Positions 1 to 11,065 of a stretch of DNA of 33,311 nucleotides are shown one piece after another. The DNA comes from a virus (lineage: Duplodnaviria > Caudoviricetes), in IMG/VR virus record IMGVR_UViG_3300010047_000008, positions 1 through 33,311 of that record, one strand, 5' to 3'. Position 1 is the stretch's first letter, and every line of letters begins with the position of its first letter. Under the pieces are notes generated by a model. It searched no databases. It saw only the letters and a list, made by a program, of their open reading frames with translations, and was not told the DNA's origin. The translations under genes were made by a program, and so were the position numbers.

Positions 1-860
1 AGCCCGGGATCGACCCCGACGACGGACAGGGTGTCTTCGCCGTCGAGCCACGTGGCGTCGAGCACGATGTCGTCGCCCCGCCACAGCGCGGCTTCAACCA
101 CGTCGAGCAGTTCGCCGTACAACTCTTGGCGTTCGAGCGCGGTGTTGGCGTACAGGTCGAACAGGTTGCGGAGGTATTCGGCGGACAGGTGGGCACGGTT
201 GGCGAACGTCGATGCGCCGTGGAGCGACACCTTCGTCGTCGTCTTGCCCAGGTTGATCAGTTCGCGGATCACCGCCACCCGTTTCGGGGTGGTCGTGACG
301 AAGATTTGGGGGTGCGCCCCGAGCCGGGTGCCGATCCTCGTGTTGTCCCAGCAGGTCGCCCCCGAGTCGTCGGGCCGGTGGTTGTGGGCAGCGAGTTCGT
401 CGGACCATGTCCAGTGGGACTGCGGCCCGCGCAACTGGGCTGGTTTCTCCGACGAGAACGTCAGCGCGATGGAACCGTTGGGCCATTCCAGGCGGCGCAG
501 CGACGGGATGTACTCGGGCACCATGTCCGGTTCCGCGACGGCGATCACCCCGGACTCGCCGCGCACCATCACGTCCCGCACATCCGCCACGGTGCGGGCG
601 ATGAGATGGCCGATGGAGCCGGGCAGTTCCCGGGCCTTGCGGTTGCACCACGACGCCCCGACCCGGGTCTTGCCTGCGCCGCGACCGGCGACCACCGCCA
701 CCGTCGGCGTCGGATCGTGGTAGGCGGCAAGCTGGTCCGGGCGTAGCCACAGTTCGGGGGACGCCATCTCCGCGAGGGTGAGGTCATCGATGAAGGTGTC
801 CCGTTCGTCGCGGGGGAGCAGACTGATCCGCTCCATCACCGACAGGGTGTCAAGGTTCAC
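1..860 (-). CDS. terL: Large terminase subunit (5' part, runs off the window)
   Basis: Manual translation from GTG at 860: ...LWLRPDQ...VAVVAGRGAGKTR (Walker A)...LRGPQSHWTWSDELAA (Walker B)...IFVTTTPK...RQELYGELL...VVGVDPG (start of nuclease domain). Absent from the ORF track because no stop lies in the window. Confidence 0.93.
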   Translation of the reverse strand, partial: MNLDTLSVMERISLLPRDERDTFIDDLTLAEMASPELWLRPDQLAAYHDPTPTVAVVAGRGAGKTRVGASWCNRKARELPGSIGHLIARTVADVRDVMVRGESGVIAVAEPDMVPEYIPSLRRLEWPNGSIALTFSSEKPAQLRGPQSHWTWSDELAAHNHRPDDSGATCWDNTRIGTRLGAHPQIFVTTTPKRVAVIRELINLGKTTTKVSLHGASTFANRAHLSAEYLRNLFDLYANTALERQELYGELLDVVEAALWRGDDIVLDATWLDGEDTLSVVGVDPG

Positions 861-861
861 G

Positions 862-1284
862 TCACGGGACGGGCAAGTTCATCGTGAGCGTGACGAACGC
901 GATGCCGCCTTGGATCGTGAAGGTGAGCGCTGGGCGTCCGAGCCGGAAGAACGCGTCGCTCATCTTGTCGTCGGCCCAGTCGAGCAGGATTTGGCCGTCG
1001 GCGTCCATCGCCGCCGACACCGCGTCCTGGGCGTCCCAGTCGGTTGTGCCGTCGTCGTTGGACACGTCGGAGCATTCCCGGGCGGCGATGACGACGATGT
1101 CCGCGAACTGGATCACGTCGCAGTTCCCGCCGAACGGCACCTCCTGCTCCGTCACGTTGAGCACCGAGATCGTGGTGCCCTGACAGTCCACCACCACGTC
1201 ACCCATCTGGGCGTGAACCGGGTCGGGCAACGCCAACGCGTCGAGTTCCTCCGCGAGCTTCTGGACGAACTCCAACGGGGTCAT
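862..1284 (-). CDS. Tail terminator-like / neck protein
   Basis: 140 aa acidic protein, LP..V..G...DC and C-terminal QGG pattern resembling actinophage tail terminators; ATGA overlap with upstream gene. Confidence 0.55.
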   Translation of the reverse strand: MTPLEFVQKLAEELDALALPDPVHAQMGDVVVDCQGTTISVLNVTEQEVPFGGNCDVIQFADIVVIAARECSDVSNDDGTTDWDAQDAVSAAMDADGQILLDWADDKMSDAFFRLGRPALTFTIQGGIAFVTLTMNLPVP

Positions 1285-2444
1285 GCCAGCCGGGCCTCCA
1301 ACACACCGATGCGGGTGAGGGCGTTGCCGAGCGCGGCGGTGAGCAGCGTGACGAGCGACGAGTAGTCCACCTGCTGCGGGTCGATCTGGCCGTCAGCGAG
1401 CACGGCGTCCTTGGCTCCGGTGACGGCGTACGGGGCGGCTTCCGCGATGTCGTGGGCGTTCATCATGTCTTCGGTTGACACGTTGCCCTGCCACCGGCCA
1501 CGAAAGGCACGGGAGGCGAGTTGCAGCACTCGTTCGGCGGCGTCGCTGATCGGCCCGACCGGCTCTTTCATCCGGTAGTCGGAGGTCGTGTTGTAGAACA
1601 CCCGGTTCACGTGGGCGTCGTCGTTGTCCTGTTTGCCTGCCGTGATCGACCCGACGGTCACCGGACTCGACTGGGGTGCGCCCCGGTAGAACCGCAGGAA
1701 GTATTGGCCGGGGGTGTCCCCGGCGTCGAGCCGTCGGAACAGGGTGATCGATGGAACGTTCTTGTCGGCCACCGTGGACTGGAACGTGCCCTGGTTCGTC
1801 ATTCGGCAGCCGTCGGAGTTGCCGCCCCAGTTCCCGACGTTGAACTCCAACAGTTTCGCCGGGTTGGCGTGGTCGTTGATCGTCAACGACCCGGTGATCG
1901 TCCCGCCGGTCTTGTCGAGCTTCAAGTCGGCCACCGCGTTGACGTACTTGGCGGGGGCGGCAGCGTTGGGTTGATCGGTCGGGAACTCCTTCATGGGAAG
2001 CAGCAGCCAGTCGGTCATCCGTCTGCTGCCGTCCAACTTGACGTAGGCCGACAGCGACTCGTTCATGTAGCCGACGGTGACGGCGTCGTTGGCGTCGTTG
2101 CCCTGGTTGGCGTTCGTCAGGCTCAACCGGCCGGAGATGGTGAGCGCCGACGCGATGGTTTGGGCTGTGGTGGCCGGGGCGCGCAGGATCGACGGGCCGA
2201 TCTGCTGCCAGTTGCCGGACGAGCCGCCCATCGACATCCACATCGTCGGCAGCGTCGAGCCGGTGACGTTGGTCATCACGCACACCGCACCTTTGGGCGG
2301 GTTGAGCCACGTGTTGCGCTGCCCGAGATCTGCGAACCGCATCACGACGGAGTCCGCGACCCCGCCACCCCAGAACGCTTCGGTGGGTGACCCGATCACT
2401 GGGGTCCACACCGTTGACCACGGCATCAACTGAACGGTGCCCAT
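1281..2444 (-). CDS. Tail fibre/minor tail protein with C-terminal S74 intramolecular chaperone
   Basis: [10 protein letters not shown] autocleavage motif, AHDIAEAAPYAVTG..D, QQVDYSSLVTLL..A coiled coil; K.GGTITGSL fibre repeat. Confidence 0.85.
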   Translation of the reverse strand: MGTVQLMPWSTVWTPVIGSPTEAFWGGGVADSVVMRFADLGQRNTWLNPPKGAVCVMTNVTGSTLPTMWMSMGGSSGNWQQIGPSILRAPATTAQTIASALTISGRLSLTNANQGNDANDAVTVGYMNESLSAYVKLDGSRRMTDWLLLPMKEFPTDQPNAAAPAKYVNAVADLKLDKTGGTITGSLTINDHANPAKLLEFNVGNWGGNSDGCRMTNQGTFQSTVADKNVPSITLFRRLDAGDTPGQYFLRFYRGAPQSSPVTVGSITAGKQDNDDAHVNRVFYNTTSDYRMKEPVGPISDAAERVLQLASRAFRGRWQGNVSTEDMMNAHDIAEAAPYAVTGAKDAVLADGQIDPQQVDYSSLVTLLTAALGNALTRIGVLEARLA

Positions 2445-2447
2445 CGG

Positions 2448-3542
2448 CTACTCCCTTCCCAACCGGTCCAACCAGGCAGAATAGAGTCCGGCGCAGGTCT
2501 TCAACCCGAAACTCGACGCCGCGAAGTCGCGCAGCGAACCGGTCCCGTATACCCCACGATGCAGGATCGCCCATTCCACGGCTTCGGCGGCGTCCCCCAC
2601 CTCGTTGATCCGGCACTCCGGCGGCACCCATTCGGTGAACCCGCCCCAGTTCGTCGTCACCGGCCAGACACCGGAGAGCATCGCTTCCGCGAACACGCCG
2701 CCCCACGGCTCGATGTAGAGGGTCGGGACGAGCGTGCATGACGCTCCGGCGTACAACTCGGCGCGGGCTTCGGCCCGCACGGTGCCCATGTGGTGTACGT
2801 CGAGGTCGGAAACGTCCAGGTCACAGCCGTCGTCGGTGATCCAGCGGCCGTTCGAGATCACGGATCCCTGCCCGGCGATCACCAGAGGCTTTCCCGTATA
2901 CCGGGCTATTCGGGCGACGAGTTCGACGCCTTTACGGCGGATCGCCCGGCCGATGAACAGCAGATAGCCTTGGTCGTCGGCCTCGTGGAAGTCGTCGGGC
3001 CGGTAGAAGTTCGGGATCACCGCGTCGTACGGGTTGCCGTCGTTGATGTTGTACCGGCCGTAGATGTGATGCAGCCAGGCGAAGCTCTCGAACACCTTGC
3101 CGGTGGTCTTCATCGACACACCCGAGTATCCGACGCACGGTTCGACCCACGTGAGGTGCGGCAGTTCGTGGTACAGCCCGTCGTGGTTCGAGCCGGACAT
3201 CGTCATCACGATTTGGCCCGGTTCGGCCCAGGCGTGAAGCCAGGCCGCGGCCCGATGGTTCAGCATCCGCCAGTGCGCCGTCTCCGGGTTCCAGTCCAGA
3301 TTCAGGATCGTCGCGGGCAGGTCGGCACCGAAGCATTTGGCCTGTTCGCTGTCCGACAGCAGCGACACGAACTCGTCGCAGTCATTGACCGGTGCGTCGC
3401 CGCCCCACAGCACGGTGACGTGCGCCCCCAGTTCGCCGCGCAGCATCTCCACCAGCCGGACCGCCTTGGCGGTGAACGCACAGTGCGGGTAGGTGATGTC
3501 ATCGAACCGGGTGTGCGGGAAGCCGAGCAGGATCAGCTTCAC
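2448..3542 (-). CDS. Glycosyltransferase, GT-B fold (GT4-like)
   Basis: YLLFIGR..RRKG, LVIAGQG, LVPTLYIEPWGGVFAEAMLSG (EX7E); probable GTG start at 3542 overlapping the previous TGA rather than 3785. Confidence 0.9.
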   Translation of the reverse strand: MKLILLGFPHTRFDDITYPHCAFTAKAVRLVEMLRGELGAHVTVLWGGDAPVNDCDEFVSLLSDSEQAKCFGADLPATILNLDWNPETAHWRMLNHRAAAWLHAWAEPGQIVMTMSGSNHDGLYHELPHLTWVEPCVGYSGVSMKTTGKVFESFAWLHHIYGRYNINDGNPYDAVIPNFYRPDDFHEADDQGYLLFIGRAIRRKGVELVARIARYTGKPLVIAGQGSVISNGRWITDDGCDLDVSDLDVHHMGTVRAEARAELYAGASCTLVPTLYIEPWGGVFAEAMLSGVWPVTTNWGGFTEWVPPECRINEVGDAAEAVEWAILHRGVYGTGSLRDFAASSFGLKTCAGLYSAWLDRLGRE

Positions 3543-4672
3543 AGCCCCTCCAATTCGTATACCCGGAACGCCAACTCCCTGACGGCGGCGACGACGAGCG
3601 GCATCAGCTTCGAGGCGTCGAGTTGCTGCGGCATGATCGCCCCCACCGACGGGGCGCGCAGTTCTTCCACGTCCTGTTCGGTCGCCACCGCGTCCATCTC
3701 TCCGACGACGGCTTCGGGGACGATCTCCGCGACCTCGTGGGCGATGAACCCGTCCATCCGTTGACCGTGGCTGTCGTTCAGCCACGTATACCGGATCGGG
3801 TTCAGGTCGAGCAGCCGTTCGAGCGCCCCAGTGATCGGGCCGAGCACGTTCTTCACCCGATAGTCCGACGTGGTCCCGTAGTTCGTCGTGTTGGCTGCCG
3901 GGGACGTGATCGCGCCGACGGTGCTGTCACCGCGCCGGAAGTGCATCAGGTCGGCCCCGTTGGCGTTGCCGCCTCCCGCCTTGTTGGCGATGAAACAGGG
4001 CGTGTTCAGCAACTCGTTGGTCATGCGGAAATACTGGGCGGTGCGCCAGATGGTGCCGCCGACGTTCGGATTCGTTTCGGTGGTGAGACCGCCGAGCACG
4101 TACGGATCCTTGAACCGGACGAACTCGGTCGGATTGCCGATCCTGACGACCTGACCAGCGGCCGACGCGACGTAGACGTTCTCGATGTCCGAATACAGCC
4201 GCATTTCGCCGTTCCATCGGCCGACATGACCGACCCGCAGCGTTTCTTGCGGCGTCGAGAAGAACGCGATATACGGCTGGTTGGGTCCGCTCACGTCCGA
4301 CGAGATGCGAAGCACATCTTCTTGGGTGTGCCCGATCACCCGTGCCCGTTGAGTGCCGCATTGAAGAATCGTGTTCCCGGCGACAGCAAGGTCGATGTAC
4401 TGGTTCGACTGCAACGACAACGTGGAGTTGTTGGCCGGGGCTTGCAGTACGAACGCCGCTGACGCTCCGGTGCCGAACGCCATCATCGTGCCGACGGTGA
4501 CACCGTTCGATTTCAGGTTGATCGGACTGTTCGCACCGCCGCCGGTCGTGTCGTTGACGTTGAGTGGGCCGGTGAGCGTGCCGCCGGTCAACGGCAGGAA
4601 GTCACCGCCAACGCTGCCGCTACTGGCGATGTCGATCCACTGATCGTTGACCTTGACCCGCAGCACACCCAT
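3539..4672 (-). CDS. Tail fibre with C-terminal S74 intramolecular chaperone
   Basis: FLPLTGGTLTGPL, YGTTSDYRVK, LNPIRYTW, GFIAHEVAEIVPEAVVG, QQLDASKLMPLVVAAVREL. Confidence 0.88.
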   Translation of the reverse strand: MGVLRVKVNDQWIDIASSGSVGGDFLPLTGGTLTGPLNVNDTTGGGANSPINLKSNGVTVGTMMAFGTGASAAFVLQAPANNSTLSLQSNQYIDLAVAGNTILQCGTQRARVIGHTQEDVLRISSDVSGPNQPYIAFFSTPQETLRVGHVGRWNGEMRLYSDIENVYVASAAGQVVRIGNPTEFVRFKDPYVLGGLTTETNPNVGGTIWRTAQYFRMTNELLNTPCFIANKAGGGNANGADLMHFRRGDSTVGAITSPAANTTNYGTTSDYRVKNVLGPITGALERLLDLNPIRYTWLNDSHGQRMDGFIAHEVAEIVPEAVVGEMDAVATEQDVEELRAPSVGAIMPQQLDASKLMPLVVAAVRELAFRVYELEGL

Positions 4673-4673
4673 G

Positions 4674-4880
4674 TCAGGACGAGGTTTCCTCCACGTGAAC
4701 GGCCGCGCCGTTCGAGCCGACCGCCGGTAGCTGCCCTTGAACCTCCGCGAGAGTGGTGAGCAGTTCGAGGTTCTCTCGCATCAACTGCCCGATGCGTTGC
4801 GCCAGGTTCTCTTTCACGATCTGGTCGCGTTGAGCCTGTCGCAGCAGATCTTCGTAGCTGGGCTGACCGTCGTTGCTCAT
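4674..4880 (-). CDS. Small coiled-coil protein (fibre-associated)
   Basis: [13 protein letters not shown]...; ATGA overlap at 4877-4880; heptad pattern. Confidence 0.65.
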   Translation of the reverse strand: MSNDGQPSYEDLLRQAQRDQIVKENLAQRIGQLMRENLELLTTLAEVQGQLPAVGSNGAAVHVEETSS

Positions 4881-5173
4881 GGCGCGGGCGCGGGTTCGGG
4901 CGGCACCGCGGCGAGCAGGGCTTGCATCGCGGCGAGGATGTCCTGGTCGGTGATCACCGACGCCTCCCACCCGGGACGGCCGATGCCCGCAGCCTGCGCC
5001 GACTCGTACTTGGCGTCGAACCCGGGGGCAGCGGCGAGCTTCCAGATGTTGATCTGGACGTAGCTCAACGGGTTGGTTGGGCTGGCAGCGGGGATCTCCT
5101 TGGACGCGGCGGCGTTGCACCGGGCGATGAAGTCCTGATCTTGGGCGAGTTGGGATTGGGCGGCGTAGCTCAT
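4877..5173 (-). CDS. Small fibre-associated protein (possible chaperone)
   Basis: [15 protein letters not shown]...[14 protein letters not shown]; ATGA overlap with the fibre gene, AAGGAG RBS. Confidence 0.75.
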   Translation of the reverse strand: MSYAAQSQLAQDQDFIARCNAAASKEIPAASPTNPLSYVQINIWKLAAAPGFDAKYESAQAAGIGRPGWEASVITDQDILAAMQALLAAVPPEPAPAP

Positions 5174-8100
5174 GTGGCTCCTTCTACTCGACGGGCGAGA
5201 TCTTGGACGGCGGCAACGAGCAGCGGGACCAGCCGGGACACGTCGAGTTGCTGGGGGATGATCTGACCGGCGACCATTCCGCGGCCTTCGTCGTCGTCGT
5301 CGGCTACCGCATCTTTGTCGCCGGTCACGGCGTCGGGGACGACTTCCGCGACTTCGTGGGCGAAGAACCCATCCACTTCGGTTTGGTCGGGGTCTTCTTT
5401 CCACACAATCCGGCGCGGAAGGAGTCGCATCAGCCGGAGCAGCCCGTCCTGTATACCGCCGTGGTCGTGTTTCAGCCGATAGTCCGACGTGGTGTTGTAG
5501 AGCACGGCGCTGGTCGAGGCGTTGCGTGTGATCGAACCGATGGTGGTGTTGTTCATCCGCCAGTGGCAGTAGTCGTGACCTCCACCGACCCCGGCCCCGA
5601 TCTTGTCAGCGATGAACATCGGCTGGTTGATCGAGACGGAGCCGATATACATATAGTTGTTGCCGGGGTGGAACCACCAACCAGCCGTCCCTGCACCGGG
5701 AGCGGTCGCCGCTTGCGCTCCGATCTGAAGATGACCGTTGGTGTCGAAGCAGGCCCGCTTGTTCGCGCCGCCCGTGAAGAACTGGATCTCGCCGTTCACC
5801 AGGTCGTTCTGCAACCGCATGTCGAGGGTGGTGAACATCCCGATGGCACCGGAGCGGGACTGCGGCGCGGCCCCGTGGTAGAAGCCGATATAGCCCTGGC
5901 TGGCGTGGCCGTACAGGCGAAGCGGCGACGCCGAGTTGTTGCCGACCACGGCGGTGTCACCGATCCACAAGATCGCGTCCTTGGCGAGCAGGGTGCGTTG
6001 CCCGTTGCCATCGACGGTGAAAGCGCTGCCACCCGTCCCGGTCTGGAAGGAGATGTCACCGCCGATCCCGACAACCGCCTGACAGACCAGCGCGTACGGC
6101 GCGGTGTTGCCGTACAGGTACATCTGGTGGGAGGACTGGCCGCTGTTGACCCATCGCAGCGCCCCTCCGGTCGGCGGCACGCCGTACAGGTCGATGCCGC
6201 CTTGGCCCGATGTCAAGTCTTCGTTTATCCGTACTCGGTTGCCGAGCGGCTGCAAGCTCATCGGCCAGATCGCCCCGGCGTTGCGGCACTGAATGCGGTA
6301 GCCGTCGAACGCGAGGTTGACCGGGGCGGCAGCATTACCGCCGATGATCAACGGGTTGTCCGTCGAGGTCAGCGTGACCGCGGCGTTCTGATTGATGACC
6401 AGCGTCCCGGTCATCGTGTCGCCGGTCTTCTTCACGTAAAGGGTGTCGGCCTGGGTCTGGGTCAGCACGGCGACCCAGTTGCCGTCGGCGCGCAAGAAGT
6501 TCGTTGTGCCCCCACCGGACATAGGAACGGTCCCACGTGTCGTGGGGGTGAAGTCGTTGATTTCGAGTTGAAGGTTGCCGGTGAGGGCACCGCCGCCGAT
6601 CAACGGAGCCGAAGTGCCGATGAACCGGGTGACCGGCACCTTCCCGGCGGTCAACGTGTCCACGTACTGTTTCGTCGCGGCTTCGAGCGGGTTGACCGGG
6701 TCGGCGGGCAGCACGAGCGGCCCGGTCATCGTGTCGCCCGGGATGTTCACGTACAGCGTGTCGGCCACGGCCTGAGTGAGACCGCCCGCGCCTGACGGGC
6801 CGGTCGCGCCTGCCGGACCCGTTGCGCCCGTGACCCCCGCCGTTCCGGCGGTCCCCTGCGGGCCGGTTGCCCCGGTGACGCCGACTCCGGTCGGCCCTGT
6901 CGCTCCGACGGTGCCGGGGCCACCGGTAGGTCCGGTTGAACCCGCGGGTCCGGTGACCCCGGTCGCCCCGACCGTTCCCGCGGTGCCTTGCGGGCCGGTG
7001 ACCCCGGTGACGCCCTGTGTTCCGGCTGTTCCTTGCGGGCCGGTTGCGCCAACGGTTCCGGCTGTCCCTTGCGGACCGGTTGCGCCGGTCACGCCCTGTG
7101 TCCCGGCCGTGCCCTGCGGACCTGTCGCACCAGTCACCCCGGCCGTCCCAGCGGTGCCCTGAGCACCCGTGCCACCCGTCGAACCCGTCACACCGGTCAC
7201 GCCTTGCGTCCCGGCGGTGCCCTGAGCACCCGACGGCCCTGTCACTCCGACCGCGCCTGCTGCGCCGGTTCCTCCGGCCGGGCCGGTCACACCCGTGACA
7301 CCCTGAGTCCCCGCCGTTCCCTGCGGACCCGTTGCTCCGACTGCTCCGGCTGACCCAGTCCCGCCCGTCGGACCGGTCGCCCCGACCGTTCCGGTATTTC
7401 CCTGTATACCGGTAGGCCCAGTTGCGCCGACCGCCCCGGCGGTTCCGGTCACGCCTTGGGGTCCGGTCGTACCGACTGCGCCTGCCGCACCGGTCCCACC
7501 CGTCGGCCCCGTGGCCCCGGTCACGCCGACAGTGCCCGCGGTTCCTTGCGGACCGGTCACACCGGTCACACCCTGGACGCCTTGACTCCCCGCCGCGCCC
7601 GTGCCACCGGTCGGCCCCGTGACCCCGGTGACGCCCTGTGTTCCTTGCGGGCCAGTGGCCCCAGTGACGCCAGTGGGGCCGGGAGACCCCTGCGCGCCAC
7701 TGGGGCCGGTGGAACCTGCCGCGCCCGTTCCGCCGGTCGGGCCGGTGGCCCCCGTTGTACCTTGATCCCCTTTCGGGCCGGTCAAACCTTGCGCCCCGGT
7801 GCCACCCGTCGGACCCGTCGCCCCCGTCGTCCCTATCGGTCCGGTCGGACCGGCCGGGCCTTGGATCGGGCCGACATCGGACCAGCCCTCAGCACCGTCG
7901 GACACCCAGCCGTGTCCGGTGTCGAGCGTGATCCACAGATCGCCTTGTGTCGCCCCGGCGGGAAGGTTGGCCGGGGTCGGCACCGATCCTTTCAGGACGA
8001 CGGAAGTGCCGTCGGTCCCAGACACACCGGTCGGGCCTTGAATGCCCTGCGGTCCGGTGGGTCCGGTGATGCCCTGCGGACCGGTGACTCCCTGTCCGCC

Positions 8101-11061
8101 CTGCGGGCCGGTGTTGCCGGTGACCCCGGTCGTGCCTTGCGGGCCGGGCACCGTCGAGTCGGCCCCTGACGGGCCGGTCGCCCCGGTTTCGCCCTGGTCG
8201 CCACGTGGCCCGGTCGCGCCGACGACTCCGGTGGCTCCGACCGGACCGGTCGGCCCCGTATTGCCCTGTATACCGGAAACGCCGGTCGGGCCTTGCGTTC
8301 CGGTTGCGCCGACTGCGCCTGTTCCCCCAGTTGGGCCGGTTGCGCCGGTCGTGCCCTGGACTCCGGTCGCTCCGGTGGCCCCGGAGAACACCAGGCCGTC
8401 CACGTACGCCTTGTCCACGAGATCTTCGGGCGCGACCGGCACGAGCGCCGGGTCCATCTTCGGGACCACACCCAGGAACGTGACCTGATCCTGCGTCTCG
8501 ACCGGCCACTCGAACGTGGCTGGGCCGATGACCCGCAACTCGTCCTGAACGAGCACCTTGCCGAACTGGGCTGCCTTCCCGGCCTGCTGGTAGATGTCGC
8601 CGGAGAAGTCGGCGGTCTGATTGACGTACAGCCCTCCGGCGTCGATGATCACGCTTCCGGCGTCCATCGTCAGGGTGCCGGTCATGTGATCGCCGGACTC
8701 GTTGACGTATACCTCAGCGGACGACGGTGCCGACGTGAGCACCTCGACGGGGTCGTTGTTCGACGGCGAGTACGCACCGGGGCCGACCCGCATGAACAGC
8801 ACCGGCACCGTCACCCATTCGTTCGGCCCGTTGTTGACCGGATCCCCGATGACCTTGTACTCGACCCAGTTCGACGCGTTGGCGGCTTCGTAGAGGACGA
8901 GCAGGTCGTCGGGCTTCAACCAGTGCAGTCCGAGTTTCAGTTCCCCGTTGGCGTCGTACAGCGACAGGTACACCTCGGTCGCCAACGTCGGGTTGGCGTT
9001 GTTGACCTTGACGAACCCGTGCTGCGGGTCCGTCGCCGTGGTCGTGTCCCTCCACTTGTAGGGCCACTGGGAGGCTGCCGACCCTTGCGGGCCGGTCACC
9101 CCGGTCACCCCAGTCTCACCTTGCGGGCCGGTCACCCCGACGGGGCCGGTTACACCGGTTACACCGGTTACGCCGTCGATCCCGGCGACACCAGACACTC
9201 CGGTATTGCCCTGTATACCGGTCGGTCCCGTCTCCCCGATTGGGCCAGTCGGCCCGGTTGCTCCGGTGGTGCCGGTCGTGCCTTGCGGGCCGGTCACCCC
9301 GGTCACACCGGACGGGCCAGTCGAGCCGGTGGTCCCGGTGACACCTTGGATGCCGGTCGGTCCCGTCGCGCCGGTCAGTCCGGGCGGGCCTTGGATCTGG
9401 CCGATGTCGGTCCAGCCCCCGGCTCCGTCGGACACCCAGCCGTGTCCGGTGTCCGCCGAGATCCACATATCCCCGGCCTGCGCGCCCGGCGGCAGATCTC
9501 CCGGCGCGGACGGGACGGTGCCCTCGATGGCGATGGACGTGCCCGACGGACCCGTCACACCCGTCACCCCGGTCACCCCGGTGACGCCAGTAACCCCGGA
9601 GATTCCGATTGGGCCGGTGGCCCCGGTGACTCCGGTGACCCCAGTCGTTCCGGTCACTCCGGCGACGCCCTGTATACCGGACGGTCCCGTTGGGCCGGTC
9701 AACCCCTGCGGACCAGTCACCCCGGTCGGCCCCGCCGCCCCGGTGCCGCCGGTCGGTCCGACCGCGCCTGTTCCACCCGTCGGCCCCGTCGTTCCCTGCG
9801 CCCCGGTTCCGCCAGTCGGGCCGGTGAGTCCCGTCGAGCCGGTGACCCCCTGAATTCCCTGCGGGCCGGTCTGCCCAGTCGGCCCAGAGACGCCCTGTGC
9901 GCCGCTAGGGCCGGTCGGACCCGTCGGCCCGGCTACACCTACCGGACCGGTCGCCCCAGTCGCTCCTGGGGCACCTGGGCCACCTGTGGTGCCCGGGAAA
10001 CCTTGCGGGCCGGTCGCACCCGTAACTCCGGTGGGTCCGGTGACGCCTTGCTGCCCGGGGAGACCCGACCAGCCCTGTGGGCCGGTGGCTCCGGTGACTC
10101 CCATCCCGGTCGGCCCGGTGGCCCCGGTGGTGCCCTTCAACCCGGACGGACCTGTCGGGCCGGTGGCCCCGACCGCGCCCTGCGGACCGGTCGCTCCGGT
10201 GGTGCCCTTGACCCCGGTGACCCCAGTCGGCCCGGCGATACCCTGCGGCCCGGTCGCGCCCGCAGGACCGGCTGGACCCAACGGTCCCTGCGGGCCGACG
10301 ATTGGCCCGGCGTTCTGCCACGACGTGCCGTCCCAGAAGATGAGTTCACCTGCCCGGGGTTGGCGGGGCGGCAGCGCCGGGTTCGTCGGGTCCGGCATCA
10401 CCGGCATCCACGGCATCACCTGATCGACCACCCAGGCGTCGCCGGACTCCGGGTTGGCAGGCATGGCCGTGTCGTCGGTGCCGAGCCGTCCCTTGATCGT
10501 CAGCCCGGCCCCCGGTGCGCCCGTTCCGCCGGTCGGCCCCGACGGACCGGACGGGCCGGTCAGGTTCCCTTGGTAGTCGAGCCGGAAGCTGCTGTTGACG
10601 ACGAACAGTTCGCCGTCCGCGGAGTCGATCCACGTGTCCCCGACGACGGAGCCGAGCGGGGCGATGTTGCCCGTCTGCAAACCGGTCGAGACCTGGACCC
10701 GTTCACCGCGTGGCCCGGTGATCCCGGTCGCCCCGATCTCGCCACGTGGCCCGGTGCCCCCGGTGGCCCCGGTGACCCCGATCCCGGTCGGACCCGTCGG
10801 TCCCGTCGGGCCTTGCGCCCCGGTGACGCCGACGCCGATGGGTCCGGTGGCCCCAGTCTCGCCTTGCGGCCCCTGCGAGGTCGCCTGCCAACGGTCCATG
10901 ATGGCGTCGATCTCGTAGGCGAAGTTCCGCATCCGGCGGGCGGTGATTTCCTCCGACGAGTTGTCCGAGAACGGCGCAGAGTCAGGTTCGACCCCAGCTT
11001 CGACGCGCTGATGGTTGCGCATCCATTTCTCGTCCAGGGAGAACTCGGACGTGCCGCTCAT
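5170..11061 (-). CDS. Giant collagen-like (Gly-X-Thr rich) fibre with interspersed globular modules and C-terminal S74 chaperone
   Basis: 1963 aa; several hundred G-X-Y triplets; repeated [16 protein letters not shown] modules; YV...GD.MTG.L repeats; [10 protein letters not shown]...[17 protein letters not shown]. Confidence 0.9.
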   Translation of the reverse strand: MSGTSEFSLDEKWMRNHQRVEAGVEPDSAPFSDNSSEEITARRMRNFAYEIDAIMDRWQATSQGPQGETGATGPIGVGVTGAQGPTGPTGPTGIGVTGATGGTGPRGEIGATGITGPRGERVQVSTGLQTGNIAPLGSVVGDTWIDSADGELFVVNSSFRLDYQGNLTGPSGPSGPTGGTGAPGAGLTIKGRLGTDDTAMPANPESGDAWVVDQVMPWMPVMPDPTNPALPPRQPRAGELIFWDGTSWQNAGPIVGPQGPLGPAGPAGATGPQGIAGPTGVTGVKGTTGATGPQGAVGATGPTGPSGLKGTTGATGPTGMGVTGATGPQGWSGLPGQQGVTGPTGVTGATGPQGFPGTTGGPGAPGATGATGPVGVAGPTGPTGPSGAQGVSGPTGQTGPQGIQGVTGSTGLTGPTGGTGAQGTTGPTGGTGAVGPTGGTGAAGPTGVTGPQGLTGPTGPSGIQGVAGVTGTTGVTGVTGATGPIGISGVTGVTGVTGVTGVTGPSGTSIAIEGTVPSAPGDLPPGAQAGDMWISADTGHGWVSDGAGGWTDIGQIQGPPGLTGATGPTGIQGVTGTTGSTGPSGVTGVTGPQGTTGTTGATGPTGPIGETGPTGIQGNTGVSGVAGIDGVTGVTGVTGPVGVTGPQGETGVTGVTGPQGSAASQWPYKWRDTTTATDPQHGFVKVNNANPTLATEVYLSLYDANGELKLGLHWLKPDDLLVLYEAANASNWVEYKVIGDPVNNGPNEWVTVPVLFMRVGPGAYSPSNNDPVEVLTSAPSSAEVYVNESGDHMTGTLTMDAGSVIIDAGGLYVNQTADFSGDIYQQAGKAAQFGKVLVQDELRVIGPATFEWPVETQDQVTFLGVVPKMDPALVPVAPEDLVDKAYVDGLVFSGATGATGVQGTTGATGPTGGTGAVGATGTQGPTGVSGIQGNTGPTGPVGATGVVGATGPRGDQGETGATGPSGADSTVPGPQGTTGVTGNTGPQGGQGVTGPQGITGPTGPQGIQGPTGVSGTDGTSVVLKGSVPTPANLPAGATQGDLWITLDTGHGWVSDGAEGWSDVGPIQGPAGPTGPIGTTGATGPTGGTGAQGLTGPKGDQGTTGATGPTGGTGAAGSTGPSGAQGSPGPTGVTGATGPQGTQGVTGVTGPTGGTGAAGSQGVQGVTGVTGPQGTAGTVGVTGATGPTGGTGAAGAVGTTGPQGVTGTAGAVGATGPTGIQGNTGTVGATGPTGGTGSAGAVGATGPQGTAGTQGVTGVTGPAGGTGAAGAVGVTGPSGAQGTAGTQGVTGVTGSTGGTGAQGTAGTAGVTGATGPQGTAGTQGVTGATGPQGTAGTVGATGPQGTAGTQGVTGVTGPQGTAGTVGATGVTGPAGSTGPTGGPGTVGATGPTGVGVTGATGPQGTAGTAGVTGATGPAGATGPSGAGGLTQAVADTLYVNIPGDTMTGPLVLPADPVNPLEAATKQYVDTLTAGKVPVTRFIGTSAPLIGGGALTGNLQLEINDFTPTTRGTVPMSGGGTTNFLRADGNWVAVLTQTQADTLYVKKTGDTMTGTLVINQNAAVTLTSTDNPLIIGGNAAAPVNLAFDGYRIQCRNAGAIWPMSLQPLGNRVRINEDLTSGQGGIDLYGVPPTGGALRWVNSGQSSHQMYLYGNTAPYALVCQAVVGIGGDISFQTGTGGSAFTVDGNGQRTLLAKDAILWIGDTAVVGNNSASPLRLYGHASQGYIGFYHGAAPQSRSGAIGMFTTLDMRLQNDLVNGEIQFFTGGANKRACFDTNGHLQIGAQAATAPGAGTAGWWFHPGNNYMYIGSVSINQPMFIADKIGAGVGGGHDYCHWRMNNTTIGSITRNASTSAVLYNTTSDYRLKHDHGGIQDGLLRLMRLLPRRIVWKEDPDQTEVDGFFAHEVAEVVPDAVTGDKDAVADDDDEGRGMVAGQIIPQQLDVSRLVPLLVAAVQDLARRVEGAT
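7860..9453. repeat. Duplicated module within the collagen fibre (about 7860-7923 and 9390-9453)
   Basis: Identical 29-mer CCGTCGGACACCCAGCCGTGTCCGGTGTC in both copies, flanks similar; encodes [10 protein letters not shown]. Confidence 0.85.
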
Positions 11062-11065
11062 CGGG

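Noticed and set aside
1-860. ORF-track calls 31..723 (+), 94..750 (-) and 126..746 (+), or a broken gene here
   Set aside because: A third minus frame is open from 860 to the window edge and carries all terminase motifs; no frameshift is needed.
1560-5500. Diversity-generating retroelement (TR/VR) among the similar fibre 3' ends
   Set aside because: Similarity is at protein level with synonymous differences, not adenine-specific; no reverse transcriptase in the window.
6780-10870. CRISPR or satellite array suggested by the 9-bp periodic repeats
   Set aside because: Periodicity is fully explained by Gly-X-Y codons in an open frame; there is no constant repeat with unique spacers.
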